In this document: piece by piece, positions 39,792 to 52,045 of the stretch
Numbering within the stretch: position 1 is the stretch's first letter
Layout: each line of letters opens with the position of its first letter
DNA from: Eledone cirrhosa
Taxonomy: Eukaryota
Direction of reading: 5' to 3'
DNA length: 64,000 nucleotides
Assembly: GCA_964016885.1 (NCBI GenBank)
Contig: OZ024746.1
Coordinates: forward strand, 17,546,001 to 17,610,000
Made by a program: the position numbers and the translations under genes
The notes under the pieces: generated by a model
What the model was told of the DNA's origin: nothing
What the model saw: the letters and a program-made list of their open reading frames with translations, nothing else
Database searches by the model: none

Positions 39792-42700
39792 AATTATTGT
39801 GTAAAGTGCTCAGGTGCACTACAACTCGTCAAAGGTGTATGTATAGTACATAGAATAATACACAAATCTCAGGGAAGTACATGTGTGTATGTGTTAGCTG
39901 TAGTGTTGGCGGATCTCGGGAAGCATGGAGGCCTTAAAGGATGCAGTGTCTCGACAGCTAACAACTGATGCAGGTAGTTTGTTCCATGCTTCAGCAACTC
40001 AGAGTGTGAAAAAATGTTTCCGAAAGTCATGGGAACTGTGCTGTTTTCTTTACTTTGTGGGCATGTCCACGTGTGTTAGACACATGGAAATCAAAAAGGT
40101 ACTCAGGGTTGTTGTTGGCAACATGGTTAACAATTTTGTGGGTGTTTACCAAGTCAGTTGCCAGGCGTCGGAGCTTCAATGTATCCATGCCCAGGGAAGC
40201 AAGGCATTCAGAGTATGGTAGATGCCTGATGGAGGGTATTCGCTTGGTTGCATGTCTCTGAACAGTTTCCAGGCGGTCAATGTTCTGAGCAAGATAGGGG
40301 TTCCAGACTGGTGATGCAAATTCTAAGTGTGGTCGCACCATAGCCATGTACAGCCTTAAATAGATATCTGGAGAGCGGCTGACAAAGGTCTTGCTGAGTG
40401 ATGCTAAGACACCCTCGGCTCGCTTGACAATTTTAGAGACATGCTTCGTCCAACGCAAATCGCTGCTGACCGTAATGCCCAGGTCACGTTCACAAGAAGA
40501 CTTCTTGATATTAGTGTTGTGGAGGGAGTATGTGGACGCTGGGTTTTTACTCCCAAAATGCATGGTGGTGCACTTGTCCACAGCTAGCTAGAGTTGCCAG
40601 TCTGAGATCCATTGTTGCATTGTGTCCAGGTCAGACTGCAAGCAAGATCTATAGTGTTCAGGATCTGTCCTTTTTATCTCAAGGTACAGCTTGATGTTGT
40701 CTGCGTACTTTAGTACTGTGGCATTCTTTAAGTTGGCATCTATGTCATTAATATATGCCACAAACAAAAGGGGTCCAAGAACAGATCCCTGTGGTACACC
40801 AGATGACATCTCATATGGTGAGGAATGCTGTCCCAGAACCGTGACTACCTCTCTTCGACTGAGAATGAAGGACTTCAACCAGTTAAAAAGATCATCCTTC
40901 ACACCCATTGCAGAGAGTTTTGCCATAAGCCTTTTGTGTGGCACAGAATTGAAGGCTTTCGCAAAGTCAAGGTAAACAACAGTAAATAATAGTAAATATA
41001 GAGTAATTGTTTCTACTTTTGGCACAAGGCCAGCAATTTCCCAGTGTATTACTGGTACTTTATTTTATCGACCCCGTAAGGATGAAAGGCAAAGTTAACC
41101 TCGGCGGGATTTGAACTCAGAATGGCAAGGGCCGTAACTCTATGCGCCAAAGCATGGCGTCCGACCCTCTACCGATACTGCCAATTCACCGCCTAATAGT
41201 AGATCAGCCACCAGATGCCGAAATAGTAAATATAGAGTAATGTAAATGCTAAAGGGTTAAACATATGAACATATGAAGATATATATAAAAATAAATAAAA
41301 AATAAATAGAAAAATGAAAATATATAAAAAATAAAAAAAAACAAAAAATAAAAACAAACATATATATATATAAATAAACACAAATATATATCTATATATA
41401 AATAAACACAAAATATGTATGAAAATAAACATAAAAATATATATAGAAATAAATATGAATGAGTAAAAATAATCAAAATAAAAACTGAAAATGAATCAAC
41501 ATGAATCTGATCTTACCATGTCATTATAGGGTCAGAAGATGTTGAACGTTGTAATGTTGTACCAGTACCAAAGTTGTAGAGAGAATGGAAACTACTTGCT
41601 TTAGGAGTGCTTTATTAGAGGAGAAAGAGAGTATATAAATATTATAGGAAAATATTGGTGATGGTGTTTTAAGAAATATTTCATCACCATAATTAACACT
41701 GCCACAGTTACCACCACCACCACCACCACCACCACCACCACCACTACCATCACCATAGCCACCATGACCACCACTATCACCATAGCCACCATTACCATCA
41801 CCATAGCTACCCCTCCTCACTCTAGCCACGCATACCACCGCCATTACCACCATAGTCACCAGTACCACATTCACCACCACCATTACTTGAGCCAACATCA
41901 CCACCATCACCAACACCATAGTCACCACCACCGCCACCATCCTTGCATGGGTTGGACAGGTTTTAGCAGTTAAGTCGTGTTATAGTTAGTAGTGCCACGA
42001 GTAATCAGTTTGGTAGAATTATATGTTGGACACATTGACAAACGAGTAACATGATAATAACGTCAACAAGAAGAATGTTTGTGAAATGAAATGTATGTTT
42101 ATTTTTGTTGTAGCACAAAGTAATGTTTGTTAATTTATATGGTTGAAGTTAAACATAAAAAGGTTACAAAAGGAAGGTGCCATTGTGCCAGGCCCAAGGC
42201 AGGCCGGCAGGCCAAAGTGCAAATCTCATCATTACATATTGTACATGTCGGTCCTTCGGCGTTCAAGCAGCAAGAGACCAAGTGGTCTTTACTATCCCAT
42301 GGTCAGGATGCGAGAGAGTGATTTCTCTAATTCACACGGGAATTTCTCCCTCAGGGCGCATAGGGATACATTCTCTTCTGCTGGTGCTGATTGGCTGAGC
42401 TGAGCCAAATCACGCACAGAGAATGTATGTGAGCCCACGGAATGTAGGTCACTACAAGGTCTTTTCTAGTACACCACACCTCCACTTGTTGTGTTCCTTT
42501 GTATGAACTCTAATGATTTGAGATCAGCTTTCAGCAGGAGTGACACAGCTAGAGTGTGACACCTCTGGCAGTCCTATGCGGCATTGCTAATGTGCCACTC
42601 AAGGCTGTAGGAGGAGCATAAATAGGGTGTGCCACTTTGAGCAGGAGTTGCAAGCCAGTGTACCACATAGGGCAGCCTTAAATGGTATAGTTATAGCGTA

Positions 42701-45700
42701 TCGCATAGGGAAGCAGGAGAAGCACAATTAGAGTGTGTCACTTAGGGCAGCCCTAAGTACGACAGCTAGAGTGTGATTCTTGGGGCAGCATAAGGATCAT
42801 AGCTAGAGTGGGCCATATAGCTACTCCATTTAAGGCTGTCCTAAATAGCACAGCTAGAGTGTCCCACATAGGGCAGCCCTAAGTGGCATAGCTAGCTAGT
42901 GTGCCACATAGAGCTGCCCTTGAGTTTGCCCCCCCCCCCTCCCGCGCCTCCCACATACTCAAATATATGCAACAGACCCCAAAATGCCACACCTATAAAT
43001 GTGTTACCTGGGGCAGACAACACCCTCTAGCTACACTACTGCTCACCATCTCAGTCCAGGTCTTCCTTCGTCTTCATCTACTGTAGTTTCCTTCCACAGG
43101 AATTTCTTAGTATTTCTTTACCCAACAATCATCATCCATACACATCACATGTCCATACCAGCACCGTCTTCTCTCTTACACAGTACACCCTATATATTAA
43201 ACTGAAATCTTACCAGATCATATTCTTAATATCATGGATAGTTACTTCAGGTAAGGAAAACTGGTGTTGTCTTTGTGATCTGTGTGATCTGATGTAGTGT
43301 CGACTCTCACTTTGAGGATGATGATCTTCAGATGACTCCTCTTTGACACTTGGTTTACTGAAATAGAAATTAGAAGATGAAACTGTGTGTATGTTGTGTG
43401 TTGTGTAGTGTGTAGTGTGGTGTGTAGTGTGTAGTGTGGTGTGTAGTGTGGTGTGTAGTGTGATGTGTGGTGTGTAGTGTGGTGCGTAGTGTGGTGTATA
43501 GTGTAATGTGGTGTAGTGTAGTGTAGTGTAGTGTAGTGTGTGGTGTGTAGTGTGGTGTGTAGTGTGGTGTGTAGTGTGGTGTGTAGTGTGTGGTGTGTAG
43601 TGTGTGGTGTGTAGTGTGGTGTGTGGTGTGTAGTGTGGTGTGGTGTGGTGTGGTGTGGTGCGGTGCGGTGTGGTGTGGTGTGTAGTGTGGTATGTGGTGT
43701 GTAGTGTGTAGTGTGGTGTGTAGTGTGGTGTGTGGTGTGGTGTGTAGTGTGGTGTGTGGTGTGTAGTGTGGTGTAGTGTGTGGTGTGTAGTGTGGTGTGT
43801 GGTGTGGTGTGTAGTGTGGTGTGTAGTGTGGTGTGTAGTGTGGTGTGTAGTGTAGTGTGTGGTGTGTAGTGTGGTGTGTAGTGTAGTGTGGTGTGTAGTG
43901 TGGTATGTGGTGTGTAGTGTGGTGTGTGGTGTGTAGTGTGGTGTATTGTGTAGTGTGGTGTGTGGTGTGTAGTGTGGTGTATGGCATGTAGTGTGGTGTG
44001 TAGTGTAGTGTGGTGTGGTATGTAGTGTGGTGTGTGGCGTGTAGTGTGGTGTGTAGTGTGGTGGGTGGTGTGTAGTGTGTAGTGTGGTGTGTGGCATGTA
44101 GTGTGTAGAGTGTGGTGTGTAGTGTGTGTGTGTGTACTGTGTTGTGTAGTGTGTAGTGTATGGTGTTGTGTGGTGTGTAGTGTATGGTGTGGTGTAGTGT
44201 GGTGTGTAATATGTAGTGTGTGTTGTGTGGTTTGTGATGTGGTGTGTGGTCTGTGGTGCTTGTAATATGCAGTTGTAGTGCGTTGTGGGTGGCATGTACT
44301 GTGTAGATGTAGTGCGCTGTGGGTGGCATGTACTGTGTAGATGTAGTGTGTTGTGGTTGGCCTGTAATGTGTAGTTGTAATGTGTTGTGGTTGGCCTGTA
44401 ATGTGTAGATGTAGTGTGTTGTGGTTGGCCTGTAATGCGTAGTTGTAGTGTATTGTGGTTGGCCTGTAATGTGTAGATGTAGTGTGTTGTGGTTGGCCTG
44501 TAATGTGTAGTTGTAGTGTATTGTGGTTAGCCTGTAATGTGTAGATGTAGTGTGTTGTGGTTGGCCTGTAATGCGTAGTTGTAGTGTATTGTGGTTAGCC
44601 TGTAATGTGTAGATGTAGTGTGTTGTGGTTGGCCTGTAATGTGTAGTTGTAGTGTATTGTGGTTGGCCTGTAATGTATAGATGTAGTGTGTTGTGGTTGG
44701 CCTGTAATGTGTAGTTGTAGTGTATTGTGGTTAGCCTGTAATGTGTAGATGTAGTGTGTTGTGGTTAGCCTGTATCTAACTGGTACACTATGTTATTGAT
44801 GCCACAAGAATGAAAGGCAAAGTTGGCAATGGTGGGATTTGAACTCAGAACATAAAGTCGGAAGAAATACCACAATGTGTTTTGTCTGATGCTCTACTGA
44901 TTAAGCCAATCCACAACCAACACCATCATTATCACAACCACCACAACCAATGCCGCCGCTGCAGCACAGCATCACTCCACTTGTTGCCATCTTTTGCCAT
45001 TTCCTCTATGAACTTCAACACCCTCCTGAGATCAGCTCTCACCACCTCTGCCCAGGACTTCCTCTACTGCAGCTTTCTTCCACGGGAATTTCTTAGTACT
45101 TCTTTACCCAACAGGCATCATCCATACACATCACATGTCCATACCTGCACTGTCTTCTCTCTTACACAGTACACCCTATATATTAAACTGAAATCTTACT
45201 CTAACAATTCCTCATCAATGCTGCTAGCTTTTGAAGGTGAGGTCACTTGGATGGATCTATATGAAATCAACTGGCGTTGGGATTGAACCTCACTTGCAGG
45301 CTGATAACCTTCAGATGACATCTCTTTGAAACTTGGTTGCCTGAAATAGAAATTAGAAGATGAAGCTGTGTGTATGTAGTGTGTGCTGTGTAGAGCAGTG
45401 TGGTGTGTGCTGTGTAGAGCAGTGTGGTGTGTGGAGTGGTGTGGTGTGTGGTGTGTAGTGTTTATATTGTGCATGTTCCAAACACCAATTAAATAATGAG
45501 AAATTTAGTTATACTATTAAATCCCTTCAAATTCTTAATTATTTTCAAAATCATTTGAAAAACTTAGACAGTCTCTTTCAGTGGAAATATGGTAGCAAAC
45601 GAATTAATGAGAAATTTAGTTATATTATTAAATCCCTACAAATTCTTGATTATTTTCAAAATCATTTGAAAACCTTAGTGTCTTTCATTAGAAATATGGG

Positions 45701-48700
45701 AACCAAAGAATTAACTAAACTGTATCTGATGCTTTCTGTTTACATTAAATTACTTACGTAGCTAAGGTCATTTGACTAATATCTTTGGTTTCACCTGCTG
45801 TATATGGTGCTGTATAAAAAATAAAGTCAGAAATACATTAGCCATGGTTTTTCAATCCGACCATTTAAAGAAAAAGAAAATTACTTTATATACTCAATTG
45901 GAGACAGTAGCTTCTAAAAGGACCCACTGGAAGGAGTGTTTCAGGACTCTGCCCCAACAACCCTCCCAGGAATATGTGGGCAAAGAAGAAGATATTCATG
46001 CAAGAGTCAATTTCTTTTAGATTATTTCTGAAGTTAAATAGATATTAATGACACTTTTCTCAAGGGGCTGACATTCATGTTACTATCGAAAATACTTTAT
46101 CATAAATAGAAACAAAACAATATATTCACAATTCCTACTAACAAAACACATAAGACTGTTGTAGCTGTTATATATATTTCCATTTGTGTACATCAAAACA
46201 CACTTCCTACTAACATAAATAAAGCTCTCTCTCTCTCTTTCAGAAATATTCCACTCATCCACTGGACTATTCTCAGCTACTATAGGACAAAACAAAACAT
46301 AAGACATCAACCTTTCATTACAGAGACAGCTGGTTAATTAATTACTTATTGTATAAACATACCTTCAACAATAATGCTTTTATCTGACACCTAAAAATAG
46401 AAAGAAAATAGAATATTTACAGTTGATGGCTGAATGGTGAAGATATTTGTTTAACAATCAGAAAGTTCTGGGTTCAAACTCACTTTGTGATATCTCAAGA
46501 AAGTGTCATTTATCATTGACTTGTGTCGAACCAATCCTTGGGAGTTAAATTGGGTAGACTGAAACTGTTTGGAAGCCTGTTAGATTACCTATAATTGTAC
46601 TTTACAGGGGGCAGCCTTGTCCACACTGTATCCCACTGAATCTCTGTAAGAATTACATTAAGGGTACACACAAGGCTTTTGTCATTGTTGGTGGCTCACC
46701 TTACTGAACTATTACTGAAAGGGTTCAATGATAATGATGATAGAAAAAAATAATTTAAATTCTTACACTTTGAGTTGGTGTATGTGTCTGAGTTATGATG
46801 TTGCTCCATGACTCCTTGGAAAGAGAACTTTCACTGGAATAAAATAGAAAATAAAATAAAATAGATATTTCTATAAAACTACAGACATTTCTATAAAACA
46901 CCAGACATTTATATAAGACAACAGATATAAACCTGATTTCAACTGTTTTTGGTTAAACAGACTCTTCCATGATGTAATTGGTTTAGTTTCAATACATGAT
47001 CTCAGATCAATTCATTAGCCAAATAAGTACAACACATGATCTCAGATCAATTCATTGGTCAGATAAGTACAACACATGATCTCAGATAAAGTTATTTGCC
47101 AGACAAGTACAACTGTGAAACACGAAAAGTCAGATCAACAATGAAAAATTGTTACTTACATTTCAATTGAATCCTTTTTGTAATGGAAGCTATCCATATC
47201 CTCTCCTTGTGGCATTATAGCAAAAGTGGGCATAAATCTGTGCTTTTTGTCCATTTTTCTATATCTCAATATATCTAGTGCTGGGGATTGGTTGTAGAGA
47301 GGAAATATCAGATTTTTCACATGTTTTGGTGTGATATTAAATTTTGGTGGAGACAATGACCAAAAATACATATCATCGTTAGCCATTGTTGGTACCTCAT
47401 TACCTTCTATAGTCATCTGAAGTTCAGACAGCTAGAATATATTGAGGGATAAATAGGTGGGTTGGTGGGTAGGTAAAAAGGTAGGTATGGAGGTAGGGGA
47501 TAGATAAAAAGAGAAAAAAAGAAAGGGTACATTTTATCATGGCAGCAGTATTACAGGGGTTGTCATGGCAACAGTATTAGAGAAGTTGCAATGACATTCA
47601 CATTGTTGAAGAGCCTGCCAGCTTCTTTTTGCTAGGGTTTCTACAGTTAGATGTCTTTTCTAATGCCAACCATTCACAGACCATACTCCACTCTCTAGAC
47701 TCCACTCCACTCTCTAGACTCCACTCCACTCTCCAGACTTCATTCCACTCTCCAGTCTCCACTCCCCTCTCCAGACGCTGCTCCATTCTCCAGAATCCAG
47801 ATTCCACTCCACTCCCCTCTCCACTCTCCAGATTCCACTCCACTCCACACCACTCTCTAAGCAACACTCCACTTCACTCCACAGAGTGTACCATACCCAA
47901 CTGTACATAACAACATTTAAGGTTTACTCACCAACTGTTCTGCTGTAGCCTTCAGTTCATCTAACTCATTTTTAAACTCACACTCCATCATTAATCTGGC
48001 AGTTAACTTAGTTTTCCCTTCTTCAGTTGGTTCACTGCTCTTTGCTATACTCTCCTAGGAAGTTAAAAACAATGATGTCATGCAATTTATGTGGAAAAAA
48101 TATTCTTTTAACACTTAACGTCTAATAATGTGGCAGAATATCTAAAAATTTGCTTGATAATCCAAATGTTTATTGTATCTTTACTGCTTGTGAAAACTTA
48201 CAGTAAACTAAAGTAAAGACTTAAATTTTCAATGTGATGCAGTCATAGTACTGTTTTGCATTTTTCACCGGTGTCTTTCTAATGTGGTTTCATGTGTTTT
48301 TTTTTTATTCAAATGTTTATAGTATCTTTACTACTGAACAGATTATTGTGAACATTTACAGTAAACTAAAAACACAGTCAATTAGTTTAAATGTTGCAAA
48401 TATAAACAAGGTAATTTAGTCATAACATCCTGTAACGATTTAACCAAAAATGTCTAAAATTGGGTTTGTTGATTTAAATGTTTATAGTGTCTTTACGAGG
48501 GAACATGTAAAGTAAATGTGTAAAATATCATGAAATGTAAGTTAAATGTGTGAAGTGTTTTGTTTTAAATTACCTCAATTTCCATTTTCACTCCTTTATT
48601 CTTAATATGTATTGTATTGGTTTTTCTAAGACAACGATAATTTGTTTAATTAAAATGGAAAACCTTCTGCAACCCTATTATTACATCAATACATTGATTT

Positions 48701-51156
48701 GCGTATTATATTAATTGTGATATTACCATATTTCTAATGAGAGACACTGTCTAATGATTTTAAAATTATTTTGAAAATAATCAAAAATTTAGTAATATAA
48801 CTAACTTTCTCACCATTAAGCTGGTGTTTGAAGTGTAATATAACAAAGGACTTTACATAGAATTATGATGGATGGTTTTCAGATAAATCTAAACACTTTA
48901 AAATAAACAGCTTAGTATTGTAGGAAGTGATGTTGTTTCCTAATTCAATCTCCTTACTAACAACCGGCATGTTGTTTTGTATCGAAAAAGGTTAAAGTTT
49001 CTTACATAAAATTACAATGCAAGGTTTTTTTATAACTATAAGCATTAAAAAAAAAAACAATTTAATATCTCAAAACCAATGGCAGCTTCATTTGCTTAGG
49101 TATCAAAAGGGTTAACAACATTTCTAATATAAAATTATAATGTAAGGTTTTTTTTAGATAAATATAAACAGTTTAACATAAACTGCTTAGTATTGTAAGA
49201 TTAGGGGCAACTTCAGGTGGGTTGGTATTAAAAGGGTTAAGAAGATGACAACAAATACTTTACTCTGCAATCCTTGATAGGAAAATGAGTATGAAATTTG
49301 CTAGGGGTATGATATTTCCAGCTGGTTTTCCTAAAAGTCCGTGGAAGCAGCAAGTGTCTTTCTTCACAAAAAACATGGTGGTCCACTTTGTAGATTGGCT
49401 TTATTTTTGTTGTTTTCGATATTTCTTCTTCCATTTTTTCCAAAACTCCTGGTAACTGTCTCTCAACTGGCTTCTCCTTTTCTGCTGTTTTGGGTACTAC
49501 TTTAACAAATGCTTCTTTCAAATTGAGAATATCTTCCTTGGTCACATTGATCGGTGCCATCATCTCCATTAATATCTGTTTATAGAATATAGAATCTCAT
49601 ATTAATTCTTTACTTAAATATCACAAGTAATTTATATCATAAAATAACAGTATACAATTTGTTGTCTTTTTCTCTGTCACACATCGACACTACAATCTAA
49701 TAAATGTTGAGATGACCCTGTGGTCTTGTTGAGGACAACACAACCTCTCTAGTGCTGGTGCCAAGATAAAATGTTCCACTAGCACATACAGTAGATAAGT
49801 TAATGTTAGGAAGGTCATCCAGCCATAGAAACCATACAAGGAAATTAAGATTCCTGCAACCTGTCTTAGAGGTCAGTAACTCTGAGTAATGACTGACTCT
49901 GTGTGAGACCTGTATACACACACACACACACACGCATATATATATATATAAATATATATAACTGAATATAAAAGAGTGATAAACACAGATATAAACATAT
50001 ATGTGTTCAAATCGTAAGGGACCAAGTTGGCAGTTGCCCTATATAGGTTTGTTTTTCTTTTCCTTAATTTATTATTTCAAATTGAGTCTGGCAAACCATA
50101 TTATTAATAGTAAGTATTTTTTTTACCCTAGTGAACTTGGTCCTGTACGATTTGAACATATATATGTTTATATCTATAAGTTGTTTGGAAGCCTCGACAA
50201 TGCAAATGGGTAAATCTCCGGGTAACAAGGTCCAGTGGTGGAGAGAGAGATGTAAGTGGGTGTACGTTGAGATGCGTGGTGTGTATAAGATGTGTGAGAT
50301 GTGTAGAATGAAGGGAAAAGTAAAAGGATAAAAATAATAATAACAACACAAGAGAGAGTTACCTTGGGAGAGATTTAATAGTCCCTATATATTTCGGATT
50401 CACATCCATCAACTGGGGTTTTTTTCCGGGGTGGGGGAAAAGGTTGTCTGTCGGACAAGTCCGGAAGGCGTCTTTCGCTGTTTGCTGATTTGAATATCTG
50501 AGGTATTCGGCAGAGCGCGCGTGTGCGTGAAATGGGGTCGGTCGTACAGAGGTCAGCGGCCGAATGAGGGAGTGGGATGGCGCTAGCTGTCAGTCCATTC
50601 TCTGCCTGTTTGTTAGATGTTACTGTGTGTGTGCGTGTGTTGTTGTCTCGCTTGAGTGTGTGTGTGTGTGTGTGTTGTTGCCTTGTTCATCTGTATTGGC
50701 AGTGTAGTATGTTCGTATGGTGGAAAGCTACAATGTGTGTGTGCATGTGTGTGTGTGGTTGTCTCGTTTGCGTGTGTGTGTGTGTGTGTTGTGTGTTGTT
50801 GTATCGCTTGTTAACTTAAACCAGCCATTTCATTTCGCTTCTCTCTAATCGGTTGTTAATTTGCGGTTGCAGGCGTTTGATAAAAAGTGCTTCCTTGATA
50901 CGTAACGTGCCGACGTTTCTTTCAGTCGCTAGAATTGTGACAATGGGCCTTCCGTCTTTGTTTCCGCATTTGTCTATGTGTTTCCGGAAAGACGAGGCCC
51001 TGGTTTTAGTGTGTTCCTTGATCCGGATGTGTTTATCTCTCTTTTATATTCAATTATATTACACGGCTCAGAAAGGGCTCTTTCTTTGAGCCATTTAATC
51101 GTAACAGACTATTTTGAATTTCTAACTCAATATATACCTTTGATATATATAAATAC

Positions 51157-51225
<69 letters not shown>

Positions 51226-52010
51226 ACAATATGAAACAATCTCCTGTGATTGTTTCATATGTTTATTTATATGTTAATAAATTTCTAGTTGTTATAAAAT
51301 GCTCGGACCTATTCATTAGAATCTTGGAGCTTATTTTATGGGTGATACGGCGCATGCCTTTCTGGCATGACACCCATAATTTTGATTTAGATTAAATTCA
51401 TTTTGATTTATCTTAATTTTGGATATAGATATATAAATACGGCTCCTTAATTGTAGAGCTAACTCTGTTGAAACGACTTGACTGCTGTTTCTAGTTGTCG
51501 ATAACTCTATTCACGCCACTGGGACGAAGCTGGTATGATGTGTGTATTTTTAGTAGATACAGCACGTGTTACTGGCCAGTTGCTGATTTGAACTTGAAGT
51601 GTAAACACAGATCGCTGGACTTCTTCCTTGTTGAAAATTTAGATTAAATTCATTTTGATTTATCTTAATTTTGGATATATATATATATATATATTTTTCT
51701 CTTGATCGACTTTCATCAAATCGGACCGAGGAAACAATGTTTCCGTTGGTCTTTCCAGTTGCTAGTACTATCTATTGGTCGCAACTCCAGGTAGAAGGAG
51801 CAACATGAAATAAAGTGTCTTGCTCAAGGACATAACGCATCGCCTGGTCCAGGAATCGAACTCACAATCTCAAGATTGTGAATCCAGTTCTCTAACCACT
51901 CAGCCACACGCCTTCACTCTCAGCCACACGCCTTCACTGATGATGGAAGTTAAATGATATATATGTGTGAGTATGTATGTATATATATATACACGTGTGT
52001 GTGTGTGTGC

Positions 52011-52045
<35 letters not shown>

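Larger units (their letters stand above)
39574..41256. mobile_element. piggyBac-type MITE hosting nested CR1 and SINE
   Basis: TTAA|ccctttagcattta ... taaatgctaaaggg|TTAA. Confidence 0.75.

Noticed and set aside
43210-44329. His/Thr-rich 361- and 319-aa proteins
   Set aside because: Translation of a GT-rich simple repeat; only the last 144 nt form an exon.
46211-46279. Extra phase 1-1 exon (AENSPVDEWNISER...)
   Set aside because: Plausible acceptor but weak donor, includes a (GA)n run, and is not needed for frame; left unresolved.
50380-50420. Functional hammerhead in the Penelope fragment (also 25173-25222)
   Set aside because: Stems are present but the cores read CAGTTGA and TTGATGA rather than CTGANGA; treated as decayed.
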